A stretch of 64,000 bases of DNA from Nemertoderma westbladi. Lineage: Eukaryota > Animalia > Xenacoelomorpha. The notes beneath the pieces are model-generated. The model did no database searches. It had not been told where the DNA came from and saw only the letters and a list, made by a program, of their open reading frames with translations. Of the stretch, positions 43,151 through 56,520 are shown one piece after another (position 1 is the first letter of the stretch; the number at the start of each line of letters is the position of its first letter). Both the position numbers and the translations under genes were made by a program. The stretch spans positions 25,880 to 89,879 of the forward strand of contig JAUCBJ010005093.1 in NCBI GenBank assembly GCA_032718475.1, read 5' to 3'.

Positions 43151-43719
43151 GTATAACAGCAGTGCGAGTGTGTGGTGTTGTGTGGGCGCCGAGCAGCTCC
43201 AAGCTTTTTTAAGTCTGTAACCTGCTCCTTTCCCTGATTTGGTAAAGTGATTGTTTATTGTTTTGGTTAGAAAATTCCGCCTCTGTAACCTGCTCCTTTC
43301 TCTCAATTGGTAATGTTATCGTTTATTGTTTTGGTTAGAAAATCCCGTCTCTGTAACCTGCTCCTTTCCCTGATTTGCTAAAGTGACTGTTTATTGTTTT
43401 GGTTAGAAAATCCCGCCTCTGTAACCTGCTCCTTTCCCTCAATTAGTTAAATGATCGTTTTATTGTTTTGGTTAGAAAGGCCTGCCTCTGTAACCTGCTG
43501 CTTTCCTTCATTTGGTAAAGTGACTGTTTATTATTTTGTATAATTTTTGTAAGTTTTAGTAGTAATAAGTTTTGTTTATTGTATAATTCAGGGGGGGCAT
43601 AATTTCCTAAGGGGGGGCATTTTTTCCTAGGGAAATTTGCCCGGGGGGGCATTTTTTCCTAGGAAAATATGCCCCCCCGGGCACATTTCCCGGGGGGGCA
43701 TATTTTCCTGTTACACCGG
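43151..43719. repeat. Dispersed ~570-bp repeat (copy 2)
   Basis: Matches 40325..40901; abuts the Gypsy fragment. Confidence 0.88.
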
Positions 43720-46648
43720 TAGTATCAATTCTACATCCAATTCTCAATGTTCAGCAGACAATTTCTGGTTTGAAACTATCTTTAAATTAGGCAGTAAAAC
43801 ATTGGTTTTGTGTTTATTGACAGTATTATCCATATTGTTGAATTGTTTAACTAAACCCATATTTTCACGCGGTTTATTTGGTGTATGTTTCATATTATTA
43901 ATGTTCAATGTGTTTGGTGTAGCACACGCAGTCTCCCATACAGTAGCTAACGGTATTTCTTCCGGTACCACAAACCTTACCTCGTCAATCAGTTTCCCAC
44001 CCATGCAAAGTGGTAATATCTTATTGGTAAATGATAAAAACCGGTTAAATTCTTTGCTGGAACAGTACAGTATGGTATTTAAGGATAAACTAGCTAGTGA
44101 ACCAGTGAGGCATTCGGTAGAGCACCACATTCAAACTACAGGCCCTCCATGTATTTCTCGTCCCCGTCGTTTATTTGGCAAAAAGTTAGTAGCTGCACAG
44201 GATGAGTTTGATTGGTTATTGAAACAGGGTGTAATATCTCGTGCAGAGTCGCCTTGGTCTACTCCATTGCATATAGCAGACAAACCAGGTGGAGGACATA
44301 GACCTTGTGGAGATTACCGTGCACTAAATAAACAGACCATACCAGACACATATCCGATGCCAAATATTGCTGACATTGCAAATCGTTTTAATGGATGTAA
44401 ATTTTTTAGTAAAATAGACCTAAAGAAAGCTTTTCACCAAATACCCGTGGCAGAGGACGATGTTGTCAAAACATCCATAGTGACACCGTTTGGACTTTTT
44501 AAATTTAATAGAATGCCTTTCGGTTTACGAAATGCGAGTCAAACCTTTCAGAGATTGATTGATATGACGTTAAGTGATTTCCGTGCGCTGTAGGATACGT
44601 CGATGCGATGTGTTAATCGGTAGTCCCAATGAGGAACAGCACTATCGAGATCTGAAGTGCATCTTGGAGCGTTTAAAGGCAAAGGGATTAACAGCCAATA
44701 AAAGTAAATGTGCATTTCTGGTTTCTGAAGTGAAATTTTTAGGATATTTCTTATTTCGAATGATGGTATAAAACCAAACCCTGGTAAGCTAGAAGCTATT
44801 GACAAGTTTAACAAACCTGACAGCGTGTATTCTTTACGGAGATTTCTCGGTATGTGTGGTTTTTATCACCGATTTGTGCCTAATTTCTCTAAGATTGCAG
44901 CACCCCTTACAGACCTCACTCGAAACAAAAAGAAGAAAGATTCTTTAGAGTGGAATGAATCTGCAAATATTTCATTTATTGAAATTAAATTAGCATTAAA
45001 AGCAGCAGTAACTTTATCATTTCCAGTTCCCAATGCTAAACTTTCGTTAACCACAGATGCATCTAATGTTGCATTGGGCGCTGTAGTGCATCAAGAAGTT
45101 GATAATAATCTAGAACCACTGTGTTTCTATTCACGAAAACTAACATCTAGCGAGAGTAAAAAATCTGCCTTCGATAAGGAATTATTAGCTATTTATTCGG
45201 CGTTAAAGCACCATGAATGGCTTTTAGGTCAGGAGCTCACGATTTATACGGATCACAAACCCCTGCTAAGGTGTCTAGAAATGAAAAATCCCACACCGCA
45301 ACAGGCTCGCTGGATATCCTATATATCGGAATTTAACGCACAGATAGAACACGTAGCTGGTGCAGAAAACATTGTAGCCGATGCACTGTCAAGGACGTCA
45401 TGTTCAGTTATTAACTTTGATAATGAAACTTATGTGGAGTTGGCAAAGGCACAGTTGGTTGATGAAAACTTACAAAAATTCTTCACTCAAACAACTATCC
45501 CTTTGAAATGCATAGTTCTATATAACGGAATGCAACTTTTTTGTGATGAGAGTTGTTCAAGTATGAGACCATATTTACCTGAAAAATTTCGAAAGCAATT
45601 ATTCCATAAATTTCACGATTTATCCCATCCTGGATTTAGAGCATCATTGAAATTAATTGCCTAACGATACATTTGGACGAGTATGAACAAGGATGTGAAA
45701 GAATGGTCTCGAAATTGCCAAAATTGTCAAATTTCAAAAACGACACTACATACGAAAACACCGATTGGAAGCATTCCAACTGATGGCCGATTTGAAACAG
45801 TACATATTGATTTAGACGGTCCGTTGCCACCATCCTGTGGTTATCGGTATTTGCTGACAATAATTGACCGTTTTACTAGATGGCCAGAGGTGGTGCCCAT
45901 TAATTAGGGATATAACAACAGATTCAGTAGCGAAAGCATTTCTTTTCCATTGGATTAGTCGATTTGGTGTGCCTAGAACAATAGTTACGGATAGAGGGTC
46001 ACAGTTTGAGTCAGGACTGTGGAGTAGTTTGATGAAAGAATTGGGAATAAAACGGCGTCGGACTACTGCATATCACCCTGCATGTAATGGAGCCATAGAG
46101 AGGTTCCACAGACAGCTAAAGGCTTCCTTAAGGGCAAAGTGTAACTCATCTGGCTGGTTCAATGAACTGCCGTTAGTATTGTTAGGATTGCGCTCTGTAA
46201 CCGGAATTCATAAATATTCTCCTGCTCAGTTAACATATGGAGCTGAGTTGTGTTTACCTGGAAGATTTTTTGAAGAAACTTCAGGGAATAATTCCCCCGA
46301 TATTCCTAATTTTGTTGATAGGTTGTTCCAAAAATGGATTCTTTTTCTCCACCAATCATGAAACATTCTGGAAAGGACCATATTCCGAGCCAATTAAAAA
46401 ACTCGTGGCATGTCTGGATAAAAGATGCTATCAAAAGGTCATCACTTGCACCTTTGTACATGGGGCCTTATAAGGTTGTTTCGATGACTGACAAAACCAT
46501 GACAGTATTGCGTCATAACGTGGAACAAGTCATCTCTCTGGATAGAGTAAAGCCCGCGTGTATTTCTGGGGAAAATTTAAGTGTGTTAATCAGACCCATG
46601 AAACGTGTGCGATTTAATTTACTAATAAACGTGTTTGAAAAACGTTAA
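43720..46648 (+). pseudogene. Ty3/Gypsy pol fragment (RT, RNase H, integrase), multiply frameshifted, no LTRs seen
   Basis: HHIQTTGPP, SPWSTPLH, RPCGDYRALN, IDLKKAFHQIP, RMPFGLRNA; YVDD broken by a 2-nt insertion (~44600); TDAS..ELLA..TDHKPL; H..H/CQNC; TDRGSQF, NGAIERFHR. Confidence 0.93.
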
Positions 46649-46760
46649 TTAAGATAATATTTGTAAAAAGAAGCAAAGAATGCAGGATAGTAATTACAAA
46701 AATTAAATTGAAGAATTATTAAGATACTAGCAGGCAATACCCGAGGCATGTTAACCGGTG

Positions 46761-47922
46761 TTAGCTGGTTATTTTCCCCGCAAAGTACTCTGTAGGTGTT
46801 TTAACGGACATAAAAAGCCGTTTCCTTACTGTACCGGTGTTTTAGTGGACATAAAAAGCCATTTCTTCTGTATGTGTACTTTAGCGGACATAACTAGCAA
46901 TTTTATGTCGCAATACACCAAAATACTCTTAGTACAGTGTAAGTTCAGATGACGACATTTATCAGCTGATATGTACACGTGTAACTTTTTCTTTGTTCTT
47001 TGTTCGGTCGACCAATCAGAGCGATTTTCATTTTATTTGTACAGAAACCTCCGGGAAATCGCGCAATGCATTATGGTTTATGTTTATCTTTTTCCTGATG
47101 CCAGAACATCGGCTGTGGAATTATTCTGTGTTTCAGACTTTAGCCAAACATTAGAACGGCTTTGATCATAGAAACGTATAACTGTTATCAAACCAGCACA
47201 CAGTACATCACGATATAACTCAATGCATTAAGACCTTTCACCGCATTATTTTACTGCTATTTACTGTCGGTTATTAATTGTATCAGTTTGATGGAATATT
47301 GTTATATTTGGATAATATCGATAAATAATCATAAAACCCCAATCTTCTTGATATACTGAAGGTAAGAGACCGGTTACATATAGCAATTGCGACTTACATT
47401 ATATTGGTTTTGGAGTGAATCTAATGCTATTTCATAGGCACTACATGTGTCAGTTGCTGTTCTCTTTATATGTGACTAAAATTAATGAAGGTCGGCAGAT
47501 CGGTGTGCAGCATTGTGCGGCAGTGTGCATGAGTGTGATAGATAACAAAGCATCTCATAAAGAATGCGCTTTATACGTGAATCAATAGCCATCCTGTTGT
47601 GCTTAGTGTAAGTCATAACTCTGTTTACATACTTAGAGCGCCACGTCCTAAAGGAACTGTTGATATTTCCCGAAAGTGAATAATATTGGTCAGAGATTAT
47701 ATATTAGCGATCAATCGAATAATACAGTAGGCCTACACCGCAAATAGGTCAGAGCTTCCGAATCCAGTCTCCCGGGTAAATCCAGCAGGTGAATGGTCGC
47801 GCATAGTCTGGCTTCGGCTAATGTAGTGTATCAAATACTCGTCATAGGCTAAAGTCGATTTATAACCTAGAAGACACCTAAATTTGGCAGGTTAAACTGC
47901 TAAAGGTCTGAAAGCGCGAACA
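46761..47922 (+). repeat. 5' LTR of element C (5'-clipped)
   Basis: Matches 53970..55105; ends GCGCGAACA. Confidence 0.92.
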
Positions 47923-49785
47923 ATAACAGTTATAGCTTCTTTATTGCACGTAGGCAATAAAGGGCAAAAGTACCGGTCGACTGGTAACCAATAGACCTAA
48001 CTACCTAACCACCCGAACCGGTACTTACAGCAGTACAGGTATAGCAGTATTATTCGATTTTGATAATTATATACCGGTAGGTCTTAATATTTAATCAGGG
48101 ACGGCCGCCCTGGTTTTTTATTGAGATTTTACTTATTTCTGTCAGTTTTATTTATCTGTAAGTTAATATTGAGCAGAAGACGGGTAAGCCTGCTCAGATT
48201 GTACAGGTAATTTGTAGGCTGGACTGTTGTCTGACTGTTGTTAAGTCTGAAGAGATTACAGTGTGTGTAGAGTGTATGTCAGATAAAGTACTAGTTAGGA
48301 AAGTTGGTGGCATCCAGTGCTGTAAGGTAAATCCCCCCTGAAAGAATAAGTCGTACTACTCGGTTAGAACGCATACTAACTAACCATTTCGGAGTCTGCA
48401 TATACTGTGGTTTATTTAGGCTTGATAGTAGTCTGCCAGCGTTTGGTCTGTATTTTGTTTGTGTAGTCTGTAAGGGTAGAGTAATATTTATTATTCAGAG
48501 TTTATGTGATTATTCGCAACATTCATACCCCCAAGTTTATTCCTACAGAAATTGTGCTTGTTATATATACCGTTATAGTTAAATTAACCCCGGTACTACA
48601 TCAGGGCTGTTTGGCGTAGGTAAAGACTGGTGATTTTATGCTCTAGTCACTCCGGCAGATACCGTGGTTCTTTTAGCTGTACAAGTATTTTTAACTGCTG
48701 GTTATTTGTTGGAGGAGGTTGGAGGAGTGTATAAGGACTTGTACCTAATTTAGGGTTTAGTGTACAGTGCTTTCCGAAGGTAATTAGTGTGTAGGCAGTA
48801 TATTTGTGTTGTAAAGTGGTTAATAGGCACGTTGGCTCTAGTAGGCCGCGGTAATTAACTTCTAGGTAGGAACACTCCGTGATACATAACATAGTACTTA
48901 TAGCGCTACGGCTATAAGTTGTCAGATGGTGGTATTTTTCCTATCTGAACAACGCAATATATTTACTACTGCTTTATTACTTTCAAATACCGTAGTATCC
49001 AGTCCGTTTGTAATAACCAGATATTCTAACCCTTTGTTAGGCTGGTTTGTAGACTTCTTGTAAAATTACCCTAAAAATTCACACGTGTAATTTTTTGTGT
49101 TTATTTAGAGATTGTAATCTCACCCCGTAATTGTACGTAATTTGTAGTATTAAGTAACTTAGGCAAATTAGAATTATTTGTTTTAGTGTCCAACAAGTAG
49201 CACTTCACTGAGAGCACAGCTTCTGTGTAGTAACTCCTTCCCAGAAATAATAACATTTATTTCAAACATAGAGGGTAAAGGGTTGTAAATAAGTAATTGT
49301 TGTGCAAACTTACTAGATCGTATTTTTGTACTGTAGTTGTGCAGATTTTTGTACTGTAGTTGTGCAGAATAATTGTATCTGTCTGTTGTTACTGTAGTCT
49401 TACAGAATTCCGAAATATCAATTTTGCGCTGTGTTTGTACCTGTCTGCCGGTGTGCAATTTTTTACATTCAGTAGTTCTATAGTTAGTGCTTAGTGGTCA
49501 TATTTACTGTACTGGTATCATACTGTAGACTAGACCTACATCCATACCCTGATAGTTGTACCTACTCCAGTACTTATTATATTGATAATGGACATTATTT
49601 GTGCCCGAAATATATTTATAATATCTGAACTGAACATATAATTAATAATTGAATATATTGTATATATATCACGTTACATAGAGTAACGATATTGGTAATT
49701 AATTACTAGGCTAACAGTTGATACTGAATTACTAGACTTGCTTTAACTGTAATATAGCAGTAGGCATTCAACTGTACAAACAAAC

Positions 49786-52700
49786 ATGTCTGACACAAAG
49801 CAAAACCTGTCAGACAGTCTCCTAGACACAACCATCTGTGACCCAGATAGGAGTGTGGAACGTGTGAGACCGAAGTTCAACTCACCTCCTACTGTAAGAA
49901 AGATCATCCCTCCAGTAGTAGTATCAGATCCTAGGCTAGTCCAACACCGTAGGTCTATCATAGGCACTCGGGCTCAAGTCAAGCGGGACCAAGAAGCAGC
50001 TGCTAAACAGCAGCAACACTCGAGCCGAGAACTTATTTCTCAGCGGCCCGACAACTCCAGTAGTTCGGATACTGTCGAGCTGACACCCGAGTACGGAGCA
50101 AAGATGGCAGATGCGGTTTATTCGGATCCCCTTCTCATCCTTCCTGCAGCCGTATTCACTAGGGTATTGATTGCGGTGGAGGAACACCAAATTGATTGGG
50201 CGAGAAGTAAGCGATCAACCAAGGATAGTTATGCGGGATACACAAGAGAGGAACTGAAGTCTATTGTAGAGTCGCAATGGAAATTTCCCGGACCCGGACT
50301 CCCGTTTGACTTATCGGAAGCTGCCTGGGAAGACATACACAGGATGGGAGTGACCAAAGACACTAGTGATCCAGCTGTGTGGAAGAGGTCGGTTTATCAA
50401 GTTCGAGAAAGAATTCTAAGAATCAGACTAATCCTATCGGCCTTTGAGGAGGCTTCGAAAAGAAGACAAGACACGTCGTTGCAAGTTGCCGTAAAGACTT
50501 GGTTTCAGCGGGTGAGTCTCAAAGTTCAAGGAACGGCCCAGTGGAAATCTCAACTGGCTGAGCGCTCAACCCATGGAGAATCAACAGACGCTACCTTTTC
50601 CCAAGTGGAAAGTGAAGCGACAGCAGATAAACCGCATAAGAGGGACGCTATTGACATCTATCTGTCAGACTATCAACGATTTCTAGGTGACGAAGAGTTG
50701 AGGAGACGGTTGTCTGGACTTCGCCCTAATAGTGAAGGAGCCAAGCTTGTGTTGGACGCAATAGATGCGGAAATGTTAGCTGCGAACCAAGCTAAATTTG
50801 ATGAAAGACTCCGCATCGCTAGAGTCCAAGAAGAACAAGTAAAGAAAAAACGTATAGAAGACAGAAAGACAGCGGCAGTGGCAGCGGCAGCGGCAGAGGC
50901 AGAAGCGGAAAGAAAAGCGGCTGACGTGGAAAGAAAAGCGGCCGAAGTGGAAAGAAAAGCAGCAGAAGTGGAAAGAAAAGCGGCAGAAGCGGAAAAAAAG
51001 GCTGTGGCAGAAGCAGAACGGAGGGCGTCTGAAGAGACCACCCAACTAGAGTTGGAAAATCTTCAAGAGAAGCAAGAATGCATAAATAAACAGTTAACAG
51101 CTAGTCAAATGCAGATGATGAGTCAATCTACTCCCAAGAGACAGGGATATACATCATCTGATGAAGGCGATACCACCGATTTTGATGGCGGAGGAAATAG
51201 ATCTCGTCTAAGTAGGCGTAGAAGAATGTCCCACCATCAGAAATTGCCTGATTTGCCCCCAGCTGTTAGAAGGCAACTAGCTAGCACAGACTTAGGTAGT
51301 ACAGAACCCACAGACCAAATTATTAAAGTAGAAAGACTCCCTACTATAGTAGATGAACCTGAAATAATTAGGCCTGTTCTCGAAGCCACCCCTTCGGTGA
51401 TAGAGACACCTGTACTCCCAGAACCTACCTCTAAATTCCCTTTGCATAGTACAAAACTACCTGTGCCCAGCAGAACAACCCCTGAGACAGTTCCTGTCCT
51501 GGACTCCGAGCGAAATATCAAAGATTTGTCGCCCGTTGTCCCTCATCCGCCCGCTACTATGTTGGCGGCTCCCGCTTCGGCGGTAGAGTGGGTAGATGAG
51601 GGACGACGGGAGATGGGTCTCCTGCTCGGGCAGTTGAGGGAACACCTTAAGTGCTCCTCTCAGCAGGTCCGGGAGATGGAAGGAACTGTTCAGCAGTTCA
51701 AGGGCATGGTGAGAGAAAGTAGGTTAGAGTTGCAAGAAGTGCAGCAGAGTATCGTGTTAGAACGCGATAAATTAGTAAATACCCAAAGGGGTATACCACC
51801 AACCCCAGTAACAATGTGTCAACCTGTTAGGTCTGAAGTATTTCATGCGCAAGGTGTGGAGCCTACACGCATCTATACTGCTAGTGAAGTAGAAACTCCT
51901 ATAGTAAACCCTATTAAGGGTAATTATAAACCTGTTGACAATGATATTCCATATAGTCCTGATCAGAATCCGAGAAATTTATATACCGATAGCTCGATAT
52001 TAAATAACACGATGGCCCAAGAAAGTTTTACGCGTCAAATGGCTAGGACCGAAGCCCGTCAAGCGGTAAAGGTAGGAGAGATCGTCAAGTTCAATGGAGA
52101 TGAGATGAAATGGTTACCTTTTAATGAATATTACAAAGATAACATACAGAACTCTTTACTATCTAACGGAGAGAAACTTAGATTCCTCATCGAGTGCTTG
52201 GAAGGATCTCCCAAGTTAATGGCGTTAAATTTTATTGGACATCCAGATGGATTAAGACAAGTTTGGCATACCCTAAACATCAGGTATGGTAATAGGAATA
52301 ACATAGCTAGGTATTTGTATGCAAAATTGGTAGCGCCCCGAAAGTTTATTAGCAGCGGGATTATAGAGTTTTCTGATGAGATTCAGGAGATCTGTAGACA
52401 ATTAGATTGGCTAGGTAAGTCTCATGAATATCAGAGTTCTATGGTTATTGGAGCTGTGGCCTCTACTTTACCAAAGGGTGGAGTAGGTACACGCTGGGAT
52501 AAGAAAGTGTTATATATGATGGAACAACAACGACGAGACCCTACCATGGCTGATCTCATGTCATTCTTAGATGGAGAAGTAAAATTACAGCTCCTAAAGC
52601 AGTCCAGAGAGAAGACACCGGAAAATAAGGTAAGTGAGAAACCCGTTTCTAGAAGAAAGGTAACACCAGTGTGTTATACCGACGATGGCGAAAGCCAGGC

Positions 52701-53283
52701 TTCTCAAGAAGAGGACAGTGGGAAAGACACTGAAAGATCTTATTATGTCAACAAAATGCCTAAAGACGTAAGTAAATTCAAGTCTCGAACCAATGACAGG
52801 AGAGAACAGGTAAGAAAAACTCCTCCTACTTCTCCTAAGAGAATTTATGTAAGAAAGCCCGAAGAAAGAACGAGTGTGCACAATGTTACTCAGAGCAAGG
52901 TAAGTAACATCAAACCGAAATGTGCGCTGTGTGACGGGCCCCACCGTTTGAATGTGTGTGATGAATTCCTAAAGAAATCATTAAAGGATAGACGTGAAGT
53001 CATGTGGGATAAGCGGTTGTGTTATAATTGCCTCAGACAAGGACACCAATGGCGAACCTGTTACTCCGACGCGAGGTGTGCAAAGTGCGGCGCAAAACAT
53101 CATATCTTGTTGCACACTGAATTCGAACGAAACAGCCCGAGTCAGGTAAGTGAGTCCGAACTACATGTCCAATTCAGTGATGTGAACGACGCTGACCAAA
53201 GTTCTGAGATGGAAGGATTCTATACGGATGAATTCTCCGACGAAAACGAATCCTGTTACCTAATAAATACCACAGTGTATTGA
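49786..53283 (+). CDS. BEL/Pao Gag (1165 aa), pol entirely deleted
   Basis: Highly similar to the element B Gag, with the same three knuckles; stop at the gag/protease boundary. Confidence 0.92.
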   Translation: MSDTKQNLSDSLLDTTICDPDRSVERVRPKFNSPPTVRKIIPPVVVSDPRLVQHRRSIIGTRAQVKRDQEAAAKQQQHSSRELISQRPDNSSSSDTVELTPEYGAKMADAVYSDPLLILPAAVFTRVLIAVEEHQIDWARSKRSTKDSYAGYTREELKSIVESQWKFPGPGLPFDLSEAAWEDIHRMGVTKDTSDPAVWKRSVYQVRERILRIRLILSAFEEASKRRQDTSLQVAVKTWFQRVSLKVQGTAQWKSQLAERSTHGESTDATFSQVESEATADKPHKRDAIDIYLSDYQRFLGDEELRRRLSGLRPNSEGAKLVLDAIDAEMLAANQAKFDERLRIARVQEEQVKKKRIEDRKTAAVAAAAAEAEAERKAADVERKAAEVERKAAEVERKAAEAEKKAVAEAERRASEETTQLELENLQEKQECINKQLTASQMQMMSQSTPKRQGYTSSDEGDTTDFDGGGNRSRLSRRRRMSHHQKLPDLPPAVRRQLASTDLGSTEPTDQIIKVERLPTIVDEPEIIRPVLEATPSVIETPVLPEPTSKFPLHSTKLPVPSRTTPETVPVLDSERNIKDLSPVVPHPPATMLAAPASAVEWVDEGRREMGLLLGQLREHLKCSSQQVREMEGTVQQFKGMVRESRLELQEVQQSIVLERDKLVNTQRGIPPTPVTMCQPVRSEVFHAQGVEPTRIYTASEVETPIVNPIKGNYKPVDNDIPYSPDQNPRNLYTDSSILNNTMAQESFTRQMARTEARQAVKVGEIVKFNGDEMKWLPFNEYYKDNIQNSLLSNGEKLRFLIECLEGSPKLMALNFIGHPDGLRQVWHTLNIRYGNRNNIARYLYAKLVAPRKFISSGIIEFSDEIQEICRQLDWLGKSHEYQSSMVIGAVASTLPKGGVGTRWDKKVLYMMEQQRRDPTMADLMSFLDGEVKLQLLKQSREKTPENKVSEKPVSRRKVTPVCYTDDGESQASQEEDSGKDTERSYYVNKMPKDVSKFKSRTNDRREQVRKTPPTSPKRIYVRKPEERTSVHNVTQSKVSNIKPKCALCDGPHRLNVCDEFLKKSLKDRREVMWDKRLCYNCLRQGHQWRTCYSDARCAKCGAKHHILLHTEFERNSPSQVSESELHVQFSDVNDADQSSEMEGFYTDEFSDENESCYLINTTVY

Positions 53284-53872
53284 GTCTATTCACGTCTGTT
53301 GAACAAAAATCGCGCACACCGAGTTACGAACTAATGAAGCGTGTAGGTGAGTGTATTTCCACCAAATTTGTTCGTAAATATCTCAGGAACATCAATCCTA
53401 ACAATATTAATTCATACAATTTGACCAATTTCATCCGTCAAGACCCTGAGTATGGCGATTTGTTCATCAACTCGCACCCTGAGTTACAGGAAGTACATCG
53501 ACGGCCCTACGAATATCGAGCCAGAGAACGCGAGCTGGAAAGAACCATTAAGCCGAGGAAGTTTCTCACCACTCGCAGTCCACCTACCGCTATTGTCCAG
53601 ACGACTCGTCAGGGACCAGTAGGAGCTGCTGTCCTAAGACGCGCTCTAAAGGCCGTTAGACCTCGCTCCACTCAAGTTGATATCGCATCGATCAACCAGG
53701 TACCTCGACCGGTGGATACACCGACCATAATCCTAAACCTTCTGATGCAATTGTATTGCACCCTTCACCCAGGAGTTATAGCCCTCCTAGTAAAGTAGCT
53801 CGCCCCAAAGAGAAAAGGACTCTTGCTAGCCTCAAAAAACTGCGTAAACGCCGTCCTCGCAAGAAAGACTAA
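53284..53872 (+). pseudogene. 3' remnant of the accessory ORF in element C
   Basis: Open frame 53280..53798, then a shifted-frame tail GYTDHNPKPS..SLKKLRKRRPRKKD* shared with element B. Confidence 0.55.
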
Positions 53873-53950
53873 CTGTTTAGAGTATTTTTATATTTTAGAA
53901 ACTGTGATTTTTTATATTTTATAGAATTAAATCCCATTTTCTGGGAGCGG

Positions 53951-55105
53951 TGTAAAGGCTTTTGCGGAATTAGCTGGTTATTTTCCCCGCAAAGTACTTT
54001 GTAGGTGTTTTAACGGACATAAAAAGCCGTTTCCTTACTGTACTGGTGTTTTAGTGGACATAAAAAGCCATTTCTTCTGTATGTGTACTTTAGCGGACAT
54101 AACTAGCAATTTTATGTCGCAATACGCCAAAATACTCTTAGTACAGTGTAAGTTCAGATGACGACATTTATCAGCTGATATGTACACGTGTAACTTTTTC
54201 TTTGTTCTTTGTTCGGTCGACCAATCAGAGCGATTTTCATTTTATTTGTACACAAACCTCCGGAAAATCGCGCAATGCATTATGGTTTATGTTTACCTTT
54301 TTCCTGATTCCAGAACATCGGCTGTGGAATTATTCTGTGTTTCAGACTTTAGCCAAACATTAGAACGGCTTTGATCATAGAAACGTATAACTGTTATCAA
54401 ACCAGCACACAGTACATCACGATATAACTCAATGCATTAAGACCTTTCACCGCATTATTTTACTGCTATTTACTGTCGGTTATTAATTGTATCAGTTTGA
54501 TGGAATATTGTTATATTTGGATAATATCGATAAATAATCATAAAACCCCAATCTTCTTGATATACTGAAGGTAAGAGACCGGTTACATATAGCAATTGCG
54601 ACTTACATTATATTGGTTTTGGAGTGAATCTAATGCTATTTCATAGGCACTACATGTGTCAGTTGCTGTTCTCTTTATATGTGACTAAAATTAGTGAAGG
54701 TCGGCAGATCGGTGTGCAGCATTGTGCGGTAGTGTGCATGAGTATGATAGATAACAAAGCATGCGCTTTATACGTGAATCAATAGCCATCCTGTTGTGCT
54801 TAGTGTAAGTCATAACTCTGTTTACATACTTAGAGCGCCACGTCCTAAAGGAACTGTTGATATTTCCCGAAAGTGAATAATATTGGTCAGAGATTATATA
54901 TTAGCGATCAATCGAATAATACAGTAGGCCTACACCGCAATAAGGTCAGAGCTTCCGAATCCAGTCTCCCGGGTATATCCAGCGGGTGAATGGTCGCGCA
55001 TAGGCTGGCTTCGGCTAATGTAGTGTATCAAATACTCTTCATAGGCTAAAGTCGATTTATAACCTAGAAGACACCTAAATTGCTAAAGGTCTGAAAGCGC
55101 GAACA
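53951..55105 (+). repeat. 3' LTR of element C (1155 bp)
   Basis: TGTAAAGG...GCGCGAACA, preceded by GGGAGCGG; 12- and 14-nt deletions relative to the 5' LTR. Confidence 0.95.
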
Positions 55106-55136
55106 CCCCTACTGGCGTACTGGTACCGGTATAGGC

Positions 55137-56520
55137 CTACTGACGTACCGGTACCCAGTACCGGTACCGAACGTGAATTATACTTTTCGAAAAGTGGCCT
55201 ATAAGATAGTCCCAGATAATCTGGTGGACTATCGGCGATCCTGTGGGAATGATGATGGGCTTCGGTGGTACGACGATACTGTTGTTGTATCCCACCCTAG
55301 AGTTCATTACTAGGATCCCGTCGTCATTAAGTTGTGGTGACAGCGTGATCAGCTCGCTGTCCCGCCGGAGATGCTGTTGCTTACTGACGCATTCCACCTT
55401 GTCGCCGTAGTTCTTCCTCTGCTCGTAGCGGATAATTGCTTTGGCCGCTCCTTCCAGGTCTATTGCCGTTCTAATCTTCACGTCTTTACCAACTCCCTTG
55501 AGGAAATTCCCGAAGGCTCTCCAGTATGCCACTAACTTCTTGGTCTTGTACCAACTAGAACTGTAGCTAAGGAGTTTCTCCGTCGGGTTATCGTACAGTT
55601 CTCCTGGTTTTGGTTGCACGTCCCTTATCTCCCTCACCATCTGGGAGTATATCTCCTCTCCCTCTGAATCTCCCTCTTCTCCTTCTGACACTTCTTCTCC
55701 TGAGCCCGGGTCCACCTTTCTCATCGGCGGCCAGGCCTCCCTATCGCTCAGAAACTGTGGCCCGTGTTGCCACAATACTTCCTTCTTCAAGAAAGTGTGG
55801 CGTACCACGCCCCTCGATAACAAGTCCGCTGGTTTCTCATCCGTTGGGCAGTAGTGTCACCATTCCAGTTCTGTGGTCGCCCTTATTTCGTCCACTCTAT
55901 TCGCGATGAATATAGGGTATCTCGTCCTTTCGTTGTGTAGCCAACCGAGCACTACCATGGAATCCGTCCAGTAATGTGTTTCCACTATGTTTGGAATAGC
56001 GTCCACTAAGTAGGCTGTGGCCCTAACTCCTAATCTCGCAGCTGTCAACTCGAGTTTCAGAACCGATGCTGAATCTGGTGGCATCGACTTCGCTTTACTG
56101 AATGCGAGTCTGGGCTTGTGAGCCCCCTCTCGTTGTACTAAGTAGAGTGCCGCTCCATATGCCTCTAATGACGCATCGGAGAACATATGTAGATCCAGAT
56201 TCGCCATGTCCCCATCCGGGAAATATACACGCAGCATGCTGTATGTTCCCATCTGCTCTAAACTCTCTGTCCACTTGTTCCACTGCTTACTAATCTCTTC
56301 TGGGACCTCTGCGTCACACTCGTCCTTTAATTTGTATACTCTCTTGAGTATCTGTTTCCCCGTGACTAGTAATGGGGATGCTAGGCTTAGGGGATCGTAT
56401 ATCCTCGCTATATATGACACATAGCCCCTCTTTGAGTGGATACCTGCTCCCTCCTGACTCAATTGGTATTTTAACTCGTCTGTCTCTCTGTTCCACACGA
56501 TTCCCAGTGCCTTCTGTTGA
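55137..56520 (-). pseudogene. BEL/Pao pol fragment (RT end, RNase H, pre-integrase) from a further family
   Basis: IARIYDPL, LHMFSDASLEAYGA, KLELTAA, YWTDSMVVL, FIANRV, HGPQFL; internal stop at 55857. Confidence 0.9.

Larger units (their letters stand above)
46761..55105 (+). mobile_element. Non-autonomous BEL/Pao LTR element C (gag only), sister family of B
   Basis: LTRs at 46761..47922 (first ~19 nt missing) and 53951..55105; leader and gag alignable with element B. No TSD recoverable. Confidence 0.93.
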
